A stretch of DNA of 64,000 nucleotides, taken from NCBI GenBank assembly GCA_963774265.1, contig CAVZDU010000007.1, positions 384,001 to 448,000 on the forward strand. The letters are read 5' to 3'. The position numbers were made by a program, and so were the translations under genes. The notes beneath the pieces were generated by a model. That model made no database searches and was not told the origin of the DNA. It saw nothing but the letters and a program-made list of their open reading frames with translations. This document shows positions 11,294 through 21,385 of the stretch, piece by piece. How positions within the stretch are numbered: the first letter of the stretch is position 1; every line of letters starts with the position of its first letter. The stretch is from an uncultured Chloroflexia bacterium. Its GTDB lineage: Bacteria > Chloroflexota > Anaerolineae > CG2-30-64-16.

Positions 11294-11498
11294 ATGTGTC
11301 AAGGACATCAACGACGTCCTGGCCTTAGGCCCCTTTGCACCTTCATGGGAATCGTTGCGGAGCTTCACCATCCCTGGCTGTTATCAGGATGCCAAAGGGC
11401 GCGCTGGTTTAACGCAAGGAGCCAAAGCGTTGGTCGTCACGATGCCGGATCGCCCGCCCTGCGAGCACGCCTTTGCCCTGCGCATCACACCGGCCTGA
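11294..11498 (+). pseudogene. GH29 alpha-L-fucosidase remnant with large internal deletion
   Basis: GPFAPSWESL...PGCYQDAK (GH29 N-terminus) fused directly to LVVTMPDRPPCEHAFALRI* (GH29 C-terminus); GAGGAG RBS. Confidence 0.7.
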
Positions 11499-11880
11499 GG
11501 TCGCATTGGACCGGGTGTCAATGTGGGTCGATGCGGGTAGTTTCCGGTCACATCAAAGGCCCGCTTGTCTCGTTTCAAAAACCCTCGAACGTGCGCCGCT
11601 GCGAACCACTGGCGATCATTTGGGCGTGAGCTTGGGCGGCGCGGGCACGGCAGTCGACGCAGTTCACCAAGATGAAGCCAGTACCGATCGCGGTGGGAAG
11701 AGTAGCAACAACCAAGGCGACAACCGGCGTGAACCGCCCAGGGATAACAGGATTGCCGCATTGGAGGCAACCTTTTTCATGTCCTGAGGATGGTGAAGCA
11801 TGCAAACCAGCCGACCGAGTTGGCGTGTTTGTATTGAGGCAACGCCGGGCGGGCGAATACGACCCCTCAACAATAAAAAG

Positions 11881-11953
11881 TGCCCCCAAGGGGATTCGAA
11901 CCCCTGCACCAGGCTTGAAAGGCCTGTGTCCTGGTCCTCTAGACGATGGGGGC
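11881..11953 (-). tRNA. tRNA-Glu (TTC)
   Basis: Reverse complement GCCCCCATCGTCTAGAGG...CAGGC-CTTTCAA-GCCTG...GGTTCGAATCC...GGGGGCA forms a full cloverleaf; CCA not encoded. Confidence 0.95.
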
Positions 11954-12083
11954 GTCCTGACACATCAATTGTACCAGAGGGCGCGCGTAGGCGCAAAAAG
12001 CGAGTCCCCTTCGCCACGCTCATTTCCGCCACCGTCCCGAAGAATGCTATAATTGCGCTGAGACCCATCAGAGGAGCGCCTTG

Positions 12084-13106
12084 ATGAACGATACTGACCT
12101 CGACCGGCTGGGGTGGCAAAAGTTGGTCGCCCCATTTGCCAGGCCCGATCTGCCAACTGGCATCTGGCAAATAGTCAATACGCTCGGACCTTTCATCGTC
12201 CTTTGGCCGCTGATGGTCTGGAGCCTTAACATCTCCTACTGGCTGACGATCGCCCTTGGCCTGGTCACCGGCGCCTTCTGGATTCGCACCTTTATCATCT
12301 TCCACGATTGCTGCCACGGCTCGTATTTTGGGTCCCGCCGGGCCAACGAGATCACCGGGATTATCCTCGGCGTCTTGACGTTCACCCCCTTCTACCAGTG
12401 GCGCCACGATCATGCGATCCACCACGCCACCGCCAGCAACATCGACAAGCGCTACACAGGCGACGTTCCTACGATGACCGTCCAGGAGTACCTGGCCAGC
12501 CCCTGGTGGAAGAAGGCCGGCTATCGCATCATGCGCAACCCGTTCTTCCTGTTCACCCTCGGCGCCCCGGCCATGTTCACCTTGATTCAGCGATTCCCGA
12601 CCAAAGGGGCAGCACGCCGTGAATTCCTCAGCGTCATCTATACCGACATCGCCCTCGCCGCCTTGCTGATCCCCGCGGGACTGCTGATTGGGTGGAAGTC
12701 GCTGCTACTGATCATGCTGCCCGTCGTGGTTCCAGCCACCGCCACGGGCGTCTGGATGTTCTACGTTCAACACCAATTCGAGGGCGTGTACTGGGAGACC
12801 AAGGAGCGCTGGAGCTTTGTCCGTGCGGGGCTGCAAGGGAGCTCGTTCTATCGCCTGCCCAAGGTGCTGCAGTGGTTCACGGGCAACATCGGCTTCCACC
12901 ACATCCATCACCTCGGTCCGAAGATCCCGTCCTACCGCCTGGAGGCATGCCACAACGCAAATCCGCCGCTGCAGGTCAAGCCGCTGACGATCGCCAACAG
13001 TTTGAAAGGTGTGCGCCTGCACCTGATCGATGATACGACGCGGCAGTTGGTGGGGTGGGATGCGCTCAAGGGGGCCAAAGGCCGGGTTGGGATGGGCGCA
13101 GGCTGA
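12084..13106 (+). CDS. Membrane fatty acid desaturase (Bacillus Des-like)
   Basis: His boxes HDCCH, HDHAIHH, HHIHH; TGCTATAAT extended -10 upstream. Confidence 0.9.
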   Translation: MNDTDLDRLGWQKLVAPFARPDLPTGIWQIVNTLGPFIVLWPLMVWSLNISYWLTIALGLVTGAFWIRTFIIFHDCCHGSYFGSRRANEITGIILGVLTFTPFYQWRHDHAIHHATASNIDKRYTGDVPTMTVQEYLASPWWKKAGYRIMRNPFFLFTLGAPAMFTLIQRFPTKGAARREFLSVIYTDIALAALLIPAGLLIGWKSLLLIMLPVVVPATATGVWMFYVQHQFEGVYWETKERWSFVRAGLQGSSFYRLPKVLQWFTGNIGFHHIHHLGPKIPSYRLEACHNANPPLQVKPLTIANSLKGVRLHLIDDTTRQLVGWDALKGAKGRVGMGAG

Positions 13107-13330
13107 GGTTTGCGCGAGATGCACCCATCAGCGCGGGGGCAGGCCAAGCCTATCACATTCGACCCGCCATCGTTGCCGTCATAACTCCCGTATCCCACGA
13201 ACACCTCCCCACCCGGTATCCTGAAGACATGATAAGGTCGGGCCCCTCGTCGGTGAAATAGGCGGTGCGGCGAAGTTTCGGGATGCGCAAGTCGGTGCGC
13301 GGGTTGTGACGCTCACCCCCCTGTGTTAGA

Positions 13331-14584
13331 ATGACCGCCGATACACCACCCAGGGTGCAGAAAGGCCGGGGCGTGAGCAAGGTTATCATCGCATGCGCGC
13401 AGCAGCAGATGCGGCTATTCGATTCGTCGGACAGCTTCCGCCGCGAAATCAGCCGCTTCCTGAACATGGCGCGAGCCAAGGGCGCGCAGTTGGTGGTCTT
13501 TCCGCCGCTCACGGGGGTCATGGCGGCCAGCCCGCGTGTCCAGGGATTCAGCATCAACCTGCTGAAGCAGGCGGCGGAGCGGCAGCGCGGTCGGGGGTCA
13601 TTCTGGTCGCGCACGCGCGGCGCTGTGGCTGAGGGCACCGCGTCACTGTTGGGCGCGAACTTTCGCAAGGCTTTTGCGCAATTGCTTGACAGCGAGCCCG
13701 CGGGGCTGGTCGCAGACTATGAAGATACGTTTGCGGAGATGGCGCACACCTATGAGACGACCATCGTCGCCGGCAGCGCCTATCTTCCCGATGCGAACGG
13801 CGTGATCCGGCATCGCGCAAGCGTGTTCGGCGCGGACGGCAGTTTGCTCGGCCGGCACGACAAAATGATTCTCTCGCCTGAAGACCGCTCCATCGCCGAG
13901 CCCGGTGATGCCTGGCACGTGATCGGCACACCTGTCGGTCCGTTGGGACTTCTGTTCGGCGAAGAGGCGCTGTACCCGGAAACCGGGCGCATCCTGGCTT
14001 ATCAGGGGGCGGAGCTGTTGATCACGCTCGGTGCGGTCGGCGATGAGTCACTGGCCGCCCATGTCCGGTACGCCGCGATTGCCCGCGCGCAAGACAACCG
14101 TAGCTTCGGCCTGGCCAGCTTTCTCGTAGGGCGCAACTACATGGCGGCCGAGGAGGGCTCAGCAGCCACGTTCATGGGAAAGTCCGGGATCTATGCGCCG
14201 CTGGAGATGACCCCCCGCTATTCCGGCGTGCTGGTGGAGATGGGCACCGCGAACACCGAGGGGCTCCTGACGGCAGAACTGGATCGGGAAAAATCTCAGT
14301 GGTTGTGGATGCACGGCAGCAGTCCGGTGCGCCGCGACATACCGATGGCATTATTTGGCCGCTATCTCCCGGCACTGTATGGCAGCGGCAGGTCACTGAC
14401 CGATGTGTGGCCGGACGGAACGGTTGAGGGGGATGAGGAAGAGGCGCTGCCAGAACACACCCTGGATGCGATGGAGGGTGCACCGGCTGAGGCAGACGAG
14501 GCGGAGATGGCGGCCCGCGAGCCGGAGATACTCGACGAGGCGGACCAAAGCAGCGAGCTGAGAGGCGAGGGCGAAGGGATCTGA
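13331..14584 (+). CDS. Carbon-nitrogen hydrolase (nitrilase) fold protein with degenerate triad
   Basis: GAQLVVFPP, HDK, TPVGPLGLLFGEE, ARAQDN; acidic tail. Confidence 0.75.
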   Translation: MTADTPPRVQKGRGVSKVIIACAQQQMRLFDSSDSFRREISRFLNMARAKGAQLVVFPPLTGVMAASPRVQGFSINLLKQAAERQRGRGSFWSRTRGAVAEGTASLLGANFRKAFAQLLDSEPAGLVADYEDTFAEMAHTYETTIVAGSAYLPDANGVIRHRASVFGADGSLLGRHDKMILSPEDRSIAEPGDAWHVIGTPVGPLGLLFGEEALYPETGRILAYQGAELLITLGAVGDESLAAHVRYAAIARAQDNRSFGLASFLVGRNYMAAEEGSAATFMGKSGIYAPLEMTPRYSGVLVEMGTANTEGLLTAELDREKSQWLWMHGSSPVRRDIPMALFGRYLPALYGSGRSLTDVWPDGTVEGDEEEALPEHTLDAMEGAPAEADEAEMAAREPEILDEADQSSELRGEGEGI

Positions 14585-14615
14585 GTCCCTTCACCCACTG
14601 CGACCTCAGCCGCGG

Positions 14616-14888
14616 TCATTTAGGCCTGAAGATCTCGTCAAACTGGCGAACAAGGCCAAGCAAGGCGACGCCAATCTTGACGTAGTCACTGGCGCCTGCC
14701 TGAATCGTCGCTGGTGCACGGAAACCGAGCGTGGTCGCTGGCAGATTCGATTCCTGTTGGCGGATGTAGGTCCAGCCTGCGAGTGCGCCGAGGATGGCTC
14801 CAATCAGGCCGCCGAGCAAGATGGCTGTGTTTCGAGAATTCACAATCACACCTCTTGTCGCTTGATAAGGGAGGTTGTTCCCCGCCAC
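14616..14888 (-). CDS. Small hypothetical membrane protein (start uncertain)
   Basis: LLGGLIGAILGALAGWTY transmembrane segment; downstream of 14846-15142. Confidence 0.6.
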   Translation of the reverse strand: MAGNNLPYQATRGVIVNSRNTAILLGGLIGAILGALAGWTYIRQQESNLPATTLGFRAPATIQAGASDYVKIGVALLGLVRQFDEIFRPK

Positions 14889-15142
14889 AGGGCGTTCACT
14901 TGAGCGTTCGCGGCGCTGGCAGCAATGAACGGCGAAGCAGCTTTATCGCTTGCCTGGCGCGTCGCCCGATTCACCGTGTGGAACACCCCCTGCACTTTAG
15001 GCGAGACCTCCCGCAGCTTCTTTTCCAGCGCACGCAGTCCCTTGATGGAAAAGAAGATGATCGCCCCAGGGATCAAAGTCATGATGAACGCCTCGAGGCA
15101 CAGCAGGACGACCGATAGATCACGCCAAAAGGCCAGGTCCAT
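14846..15142 (-). CDS. Small hypothetical membrane protein
   Basis: GGAGG RBS, N-terminal TM helix followed by an amphipathic helix. Confidence 0.65.
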   Translation of the reverse strand: MDLAFWRDLSVVLLCLEAFIMTLIPGAIIFFSIKGLRALEKKLREVSPKVQGVFHTVNRATRQASDKAASPFIAASAANAQVNALWRGTTSLIKRQEV

Positions 15143-15279
15143 GGAATCCTCCCAGTTTGTAAATCAACGTACAACATTGTAGCAGAGGTGCACAAGCCGG
15201 GCAAGCACCAATCTGATGTGAGAGGTGGGCAATCAGCGCAAAAACCAGAACGACATCCGGGCTCAGATGGCGCAACGTC

Positions 15280-16368
15280 GTGCCGGTGGCTGCCGCGGCC
15301 TTGTTGGTCTTGCTGCTGGCCGGTCGCGCCGGACGGCCCTGGGTGGAGTTTGGTCCTCAGCAGCATGTGACCACCACGAATCCGAAGATGGGAGTCCACA
15401 CGCGGCTCACCGACGAGGTGGAGCCGTGGAAGATTCAGCGCACGTTTGAGATGGTTCGCGAGATGGGCGCGACCTGGGTGGTCGAGTATTTCCTGTGGGC
15501 CGCGCACGAACCGCAGCGTGGGGTCTACGACTGGTCGCACGCGGACCTGGTCGTGGACCACGCAGTCAACCAGGGGCTCACCGTCATCGCACGCCTGGGC
15601 TATGTGCCCGAATGGGCGCGGCCGAAGAATGCCACGCATCTGTACCTGGACGATGAAGGGTATGATGCGTTCGCCAGGTTTGCAGCGGCGTTCGCTCGCC
15701 ATTTCGAGGGGCGGGTGCGATACATCATTGTCTGGAACGAGCCAAACCTGAGCCAGGAGTGGGGTTACCGGCAGCCTGACCCGGGGGAGTACACGGAACT
15801 TCTCAAGCGAGCATATGCCGCGGTCAAGGCCGCGGCGCCCGAGATCCAGGTGTTGGGCGGCGCGCTGGCGCCCACGCTCGCACCGCCCGGCAGCGAGTGG
15901 GCCATGGACGATCTGGTCTACCTGCAAGACATGTACGACGCCGGGGCAAAAGACGCATTCGACATCCTGGCCGCGCACGCGTACGGCTGGACGTTTGCGA
16001 CGGATGCCGCGCCGGGCATCGACAGCGTCAACTGGCGCCGCGTCGAGCTTCTCCGCGAAATCATGGTGCGGAACGGCGACGCAGACAAGCATGTGATGAT
16101 CACCGAGGGCGGGTGGAACGACCATCCGCGCTGGACCAAGGCGGTGCGTCCCAGCCAGCGAGTGGCGAACAGCGTTGCAGCGTATAAGATGGCCCTGGAG
16201 GACTGGCCCTGGGTGGACGCCGCCTGCCTGTGGGCGTTCCGGTATCCCCGACCGGCGCGCACGTACCAGGATTACTACACGTTTGTCGACGGTGATTTTC
16301 GGCCCAAACCGATCTATAGTGCTCTGCAGCGGTACGCGGCCGGGCTGGACTGGCGGGAGGAGCCGTGA
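15280..16368 (+). CDS. Clan GH-A glycoside hydrolase (GH5/GH39-like), membrane anchored
   Basis: VWNEPN acid/base, AAHAY, MITEGGW nucleophile. Confidence 0.8.
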   Translation: MPVAAAALLVLLLAGRAGRPWVEFGPQQHVTTTNPKMGVHTRLTDEVEPWKIQRTFEMVREMGATWVVEYFLWAAHEPQRGVYDWSHADLVVDHAVNQGLTVIARLGYVPEWARPKNATHLYLDDEGYDAFARFAAAFARHFEGRVRYIIVWNEPNLSQEWGYRQPDPGEYTELLKRAYAAVKAAAPEIQVLGGALAPTLAPPGSEWAMDDLVYLQDMYDAGAKDAFDILAAHAYGWTFATDAAPGIDSVNWRRVELLREIMVRNGDADKHVMITEGGWNDHPRWTKAVRPSQRVANSVAAYKMALEDWPWVDAACLWAFRYPRPARTYQDYYTFVDGDFRPKPIYSALQRYAAGLDWREEP

Positions 16369-17267
16369 GGCAGGCTGGCCGAGGGAAGGGATCGGTGCCA
16401 GGCAGCCAGCGGGATGGTTGGTCGACCGGTCGGCTCACCCGGACTGTGTTGCGCGGACGCCTTTTGGGCGGGCTCAAGAGCCGCCGATGGCTCCCGCTGG
16501 TTGGTGTGGCGATCCTCCTGGCAGCCGCGCTGATCCTGCTCAGCATCCTGGGGCGAGAGGGAACTCTCAAGGAGATTCAGGATCGGGGAGTTTGGCGGGT
16601 TGGCATGGATCCGAGCTTCCCACCCTTTGAGAATTTCGACGCGGTGACGGGTGGGGCAGTGGGCCTCGACGTCGATCTGGCGAACGCCATCTCGGGCGAG
16701 TGGGGCATCAAGACCGAAATCGTCAGCCTGGGATTCGATGAGCTGCTCGACGCAGTGGCCGCGCACCAGGTGGACGCGGCGATCTCGGCCTTGCCCATTC
16801 AGCCGGAGCGAACCGAGGAAGTGCGATTCTCGGATCCCTACGTGCAGGCCGGCGTTGTGCTTGCGGTGAAGAAGGGGAGCGAGCTCCTCGGGCCGGTTGA
16901 TCTCGCTGGGCGTCGCGTTGCAGTCGAATGGGGCAGTCAGGGTGAGGCCGCAGCGCGGCGCCTTCGAGAGGACACGGAGCTGGCGTTCGAGTTGCTTCCG
17001 CGCGAAACCGTTACGCTGGCGCTGGATGCGCTCGTGACAGGCGAAGCAGATGCCGCGATCGTCGACGCGATCAGCCTCGCGATCTACGATCAGGCCGCGC
17101 AATTGGTTGCGATCGGCGAGCCGCTGGTGTCCGACCCGTACGTGGTTGTCGTCCCAGCGGATGCGCCCGATCTTCTGCAGGCAGTCAACGACGCTTTGCG
17201 TGCGCTTGAATCCGATGGTACGCTTGACACTATCCGGGCGCGCTGGCTTCGCCCCGCGCAATCTTGA
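16365..17267 (+). CDS. Amino-acid ABC substrate-binding protein (SBP_bac_3)
   Basis: [33 protein letters not shown]. Confidence 0.85.
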   Translation: MRQAGRGKGSVPGSQRDGWSTGRLTRTVLRGRLLGGLKSRRWLPLVGVAILLAAALILLSILGREGTLKEIQDRGVWRVGMDPSFPPFENFDAVTGGAVGLDVDLANAISGEWGIKTEIVSLGFDELLDAVAAHQVDAAISALPIQPERTEEVRFSDPYVQAGVVLAVKKGSELLGPVDLAGRRVAVEWGSQGEAAARRLREDTELAFELLPRETVTLALDALVTGEADAAIVDAISLAIYDQAAQLVAIGEPLVSDPYVVVVPADAPDLLQAVNDALRALESDGTLDTIRARWLRPAQS

Positions 17268-17286
17268 GGCTTCGATTTTCACTCAG

Positions 17287-18108
17287 ATGATCCACTTCGA
17301 CATTTTCACCCTCTTTCCCGGGATGTTCTCCGGGTTCCTGGCCGACAGCATCCTCAAGCGCGCACAGGACGCTGGCATCCTATCCGTAGGGCTGCACAAC
17401 ATCCGCGACTATGCTGAGGGCCGTCACCGTGTCACCGACGACACACCCTATGGCGGGGGAGGCGGTATGGTGATGAAGCCCGAGCCCATCTTCCGGGCCG
17501 TTGAGACGGTGCTGACAAGAGAACCGGGCTGGGTATTTTCGCCGTCACCTGAAGCGCCTGAGCCGCCCACGGCGCAGGGACCGGTCGATCTGCCTCCTGA
17601 TGTGCCGATCATCCTGCTCTCGCCCCAGGGTCGCACGTTCACCCAGGCCGTCGCCGAGGAGTTGGCACAGCATCGCCGCATCGCACTGATCTGCGGCCGT
17701 TACGAGGGTGTCGACGAACGCGTGCGCGAGGGATTGGTGACCGACGAGATCAGCATTGGGGATTTTGTGATCTCAGGTGGTGAGCTGGGCGCGGCGATAC
17801 TCCTGGATGCGGTCACGAGATTGCAGCCCGGTGCGTTGGGCTGCGACATGGGCGCTTTCGAGGACTCGTTTGCGACGGGTGTATTGGAGTATCCGCATTT
17901 CACGCGACCAGCGCAGTTCAGGGGAGAAGGCATCCCCGACATCCTGACCTCCGGCGATCACGCGAAGGTGGCCCGCTGGCGGCGCGAGCAGGCATTGCTG
18001 CGCACCTGGCTGCGCAGGCCTGATCTGCTCAACTCCGCGCCGCTGTCCGATCTGGATCGGGCATTTCTGGAAAAACTGCGCGCGGAGGCGGAGGAGAACG
18101 AGGGATGA
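17287..18108 (+). CDS. trmD: tRNA (guanine-N1)-methyltransferase
   Basis: [39 protein letters not shown]. Confidence 0.97.
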   Translation: MIHFDIFTLFPGMFSGFLADSILKRAQDAGILSVGLHNIRDYAEGRHRVTDDTPYGGGGGMVMKPEPIFRAVETVLTREPGWVFSPSPEAPEPPTAQGPVDLPPDVPIILLSPQGRTFTQAVAEELAQHRRIALICGRYEGVDERVREGLVTDEISIGDFVISGGELGAAILLDAVTRLQPGALGCDMGAFEDSFATGVLEYPHFTRPAQFRGEGIPDILTSGDHAKVARWRREQALLRTWLRRPDLLNSAPLSDLDRAFLEKLRAEAEENEG

Positions 18109-18154
18109 ATTTGGCCAAGAAGTCCCGTCTGTGATAGAATCTCCTTTCGTGACC

Positions 18155-18220
18155 AATGAGGCGCCGCGGTTTCAGGCTCTGAGTCAGCCGAGCGGGTGGC
18201 CCAACGATGAACTCAAACGA
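18155..18220 (+). promoter_or_regulatory. Putative L19-leader-like autoregulatory RNA
   Basis: 5' UTR of rplS after TAGAAT; GAG..CCGCGG...TGGCCCAA..ATGAACTC resembles L19 leaders from memory only. Confidence 0.35.
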
Positions 18221-18233
18221 AGGGTAGTAAATC

Positions 18234-18584
18234 ATGGCTAATCTTATTGATTCTCTTGCTGCTCAGGCCGTTCGACAGGACATGCCGGCGATCGCTGCCG
18301 GTGATACCGTTAAAGTGCACACCCTGATCGTCGAAGGCGATAAGGAACGCGTGCAGATCTTCCAGGGCCTGGTGATTCGTGTGCGCGGCGGCGGCGCTGA
18401 CAGGAACTTCACCGTGCGCCGGATCGCATCGCACGGCGTCGGGGTCGAGCGAACGTTCCTCTTCATGTCGCCTCGTGTCGACAAAATCGAGGTGCTTCGC
18501 CACGCAAAGGTTCGCCGCGCGCGCCTATACTTCCTTCGTGGCCGCACCGGCAAGGCGGCCCGCCTGAAGGAACGCGCCACGTAA
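18234..18584 (+). CDS. rplS: 50S ribosomal protein L19
   Basis: GDTVKVH, ERVQIFQG, GVGVERTF, KVRRARLYFLR. Confidence 0.98.
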   Translation: MANLIDSLAAQAVRQDMPAIAAGDTVKVHTLIVEGDKERVQIFQGLVIRVRGGGADRNFTVRRIASHGVGVERTFLFMSPRVDKIEVLRHAKVRRARLYFLRGRTGKAARLKERAT

Positions 18585-18610
18585 TTCTGGCAGGGCGAAG
18601 TTGAGCAGAT

Positions 18611-18648
18611 AGAAGGCGTGGGGTGCGATAAGCCCTGCGCCTTTTTTC
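18611..18648 (+). terminator. Intrinsic terminator after rplS
   Basis: AAGGCGTGGG...CCCTGCGCCTT hairpin followed by a T run. Confidence 0.75.
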
Positions 18649-18667
18649 ATTAAGGAGAGGGAACAGG

Positions 18668-19319
18668 GTGCACGAGCAGCCAGGGCTGGCATTTGAGCTG
18701 GCGTTGTGGAGCGCGGGCAGACAGGCTGTCGCCGGCGTCGACGAAGTCGGCCGCGGCGCGCTGGCCGGTCCGGTCGTTGCCGCAGCAGTCATCCTGCCGC
18801 CAAGTCCTGATGCGCTGGCGCCGTTGTTGGGGCGCGTCGACGACTCGAAGCGACTGACGTCGCACCGAGCGCGACAAGCTTTACGACGAGGTGATGGCGC
18901 GGGCGCTGGCCGTGGGCTTAGGTCGTTGCGAGGCGGCCGATATCGATCGTCTGGGCATCGTGCCGTCAACCAGGCGCGCAATGACCCTCGCGCTGGCGGC
19001 TCTGAAGGTTCCGCCCGACTATGTTCTCCTGGATTTCCTGACGCTTCCCGATGTCACATACCCCCAGCGCGGAATAGCGCATGGTGATGCGCTCTCCCTC
19101 TCCATTGCCGCTGCATCCATCATCGCCAAGGTGACGCGTGACCGTTGGATGTGCGGGCAAGCGCGTGTTTACCCGGGTTATGGGTTCGATCAACACAAGG
19201 GATACGGCACGGCGTTCCACCGCGAGTCGCTGGAACGGCTGGGACCGTGCGATCAGCACAGGATGAGTTTCGCACCGCTGGCAGCGGGTCAGTTGAGGCT
19301 GATCGCAGATGGCGGATAA
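18668..19319 (+). CDS. rnhB: Ribonuclease HII, frameshift near 18870
   Basis: [39 protein letters not shown] split over two frames. Confidence 0.93.
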
Positions 19320-19719
19320 GATGCAACTGAAAGCTGCGGCTGACCCTCGGAAGCCGTTGGGACGATTGGGCGAGGCCCTGGCCGCCGAGCATCTGGAGCG
19401 GCTCGGCTGGTGGATCGTGGCGCGCAATTGGCGGACCCGGCGCGGGGAAATCGATATCGTCGCGCGCGATGGCGATTGGTTGGTATTCGTCGAGGTGAGA
19501 ACGCGCCGCGCCAGCCGGTCTGGCGGAGATCCCTTCCTGGGTCGCCCGGAGGATTCGGTCACCCCGAAGAAACAGCTCAGACTGGCGCATACGGCCGAGG
19601 CGTATTTGTTCACCCTGCCCTGGTCGGGTCCGTGGCGGGTGGATGTGCTGGCGCTGGAGCTTGGGGCCGATGACGCGGTCGTTCGGATGGCGCATTTTCG
19701 GGACGCAGTAGGGGGCTAG
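19309..19719 (+). CDS. yraN: YraN family (UPF0102) endonuclease-like protein
   Basis: GRLGE, RNWR, GEIDIVA, LVFVEVRTR. Confidence 0.92.
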   Translation: MADKMQLKAAADPRKPLGRLGEALAAEHLERLGWWIVARNWRTRRGEIDIVARDGDWLVFVEVRTRRASRSGGDPFLGRPEDSVTPKKQLRLAHTAEAYLFTLPWSGPWRVDVLALELGADDAVVRMAHFRDAVGG

Positions 19720-19720
19720 G

Positions 19721-20638
19721 GTGGACCTGCTCGTGATCGTTGGACCGACCGCTGCCGGCAAAACCGCGCTTGGCATCGAACTGGCCGAAGCGCTTGGCGG
19801 CGAAATCGTTTCCGCTGATTCGCGGCAGATTTACCGCGGGATGGATATCGGCACCGCGAAAGCGACCGCCGGGGAACGTGCGCGGGTCCCGCACCACCTG
19901 CTGGACATCGTGAATCCCGATCAGGTGTTGACGTTGGCGGAGTACCAAGCCCTGGCCTACCGGACGATCGAGGAGATCGCCGCGCGTGATCGTCTGCCGA
20001 TGCTGGTGGGTGGAACGGGACAGTACGTGTCTGCCGTGCTCGAAGGTTGGCGCATTCCAGGAGTGGCCCCGCAGGAAATGCTGCGCCGCGAGCTGGAGGC
20101 AGTGGTGGCTGAGGCTGGCCCACTGGCATTGCACGAGCAATTGGCCTGCCTCGACGCCACCGCCGCAGCCCGCATCGACTATCGCAATGTGCGCCGCGTG
20201 ATCCGAGCGCTTGAGGTGTGCCTGACAACAGGTCAGCCGATCAGCGAACTGCAGCGAAAAGAGCCCCCGCCCTATCGAGTGGTTCAGGTCGGGGTGACCC
20301 GGCCTCGGCCCGTTCTATACGAGCGGATCGATCGCCGCGTGGACGCGATGGTGGAGGCGGGGCTGGTCGACGAAGTGGGGGCACTGGTTCAAGCCGGGTA
20401 CGCGTGGGATTTGCCCGCGATGACCGGGCTGGGCTACCGGCAGGTCGGCCAGCACCTACGGGGCGAGGTAACCCTGGACGAAGCGATCGCTCTTGTAAAG
20501 AAGGGCACGCGGCGCTTCGTCCAGCAGCAACACAATTGGTTCCGGCCCGGCGACCCTGCGATTCACTGGATCGACCCCCAGGACACCTCGGCCGATCAGG
20601 TGCGCCAGTGGGTTGAGACCCGCCTGGCCCAGCAATAG
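19721..20638 (+). CDS. miaA: tRNA dimethylallyltransferase
   Basis: GPTAAGKT, DSRQIYRGMDIGTAK, VGGTGQY. Confidence 0.97.
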   Translation: MDLLVIVGPTAAGKTALGIELAEALGGEIVSADSRQIYRGMDIGTAKATAGERARVPHHLLDIVNPDQVLTLAEYQALAYRTIEEIAARDRLPMLVGGTGQYVSAVLEGWRIPGVAPQEMLRRELEAVVAEAGPLALHEQLACLDATAAARIDYRNVRRVIRALEVCLTTGQPISELQRKEPPPYRVVQVGVTRPRPVLYERIDRRVDAMVEAGLVDEVGALVQAGYAWDLPAMTGLGYRQVGQHLRGEVTLDEAIALVKKGTRRFVQQQHNWFRPGDPAIHWIDPQDTSADQVRQWVETRLAQQ

Positions 20639-20666
20639 GATTTTCCACTGATGCAGTGGCGTGAGC

Positions 20667-21324
20667 TTAGCCTCGGCTGGCTTCGGCGGTGCCGTAGCGG
20701 TGTTGGTAGCGGTCATAGTTGGCCGCGATCTCTTCGGCCGGCAACGATTCCACCTGGCCCACCTGCATGGCCAACCACACCGTCTTCGCAATATCCTCGA
20801 CCATCACCGCGGACTTGAGCGCCTTCTCCACGGTGGCGCCGATCGCAAAGACCCCGTGCTGCCTCATCAAAACCGCCGTCGAAGCGCCGATGTGCGCGAG
20901 CGCGGTTTCGCCGATCCCTGTGCCGCCGATGCGAGCGTAGGGTGCGCAGGGGATTTCTACGCCAAATTCGTCCGCGATGGCCGTCAGGCACACTGGGATC
21001 GACTTGCCTACGGCCGCGAATGCGGTGGCATAGTTGGAATGCGTGTGGATGACGCCGTTTACGTCGGGCCGGCCCCGGTAGACGGCGCAGTGCGAGTGGG
21101 TGTCTGTGGACGCGCCGAGCGTCCCTTCTACAACCCGGCCTTCGATATCGACAATGACCATGTTGGCAGGCGTGAGTTCCTCGAACAGGACGCCTGACGG
21201 TTTGATGACGACCAGGCCGCTCTCGGGGTCACGTGCGGACGCGTTGCCCGCGGTCCACGTGACCAGGTTGTACTTTGGCAACGCCATGTTGGCGCGAAAC
21301 GCGTTCGCGGAGGTTTTCAAGCAT
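20667..21324 (-). CDS. araD: L-ribulose-5-phosphate 4-epimerase (class II aldolase family), frameshift near 21298
   Basis: MLENLRE start, TWTAGNAS, IKPSGV, HTHS Zn motif, HGVF. Confidence 0.85.
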
Positions 21325-21385
21325 CTTGGAGCCCCTATCGACAGAGTGTTGATTGCCCGAAATAGATGGCTTGCCATCTACTTGC

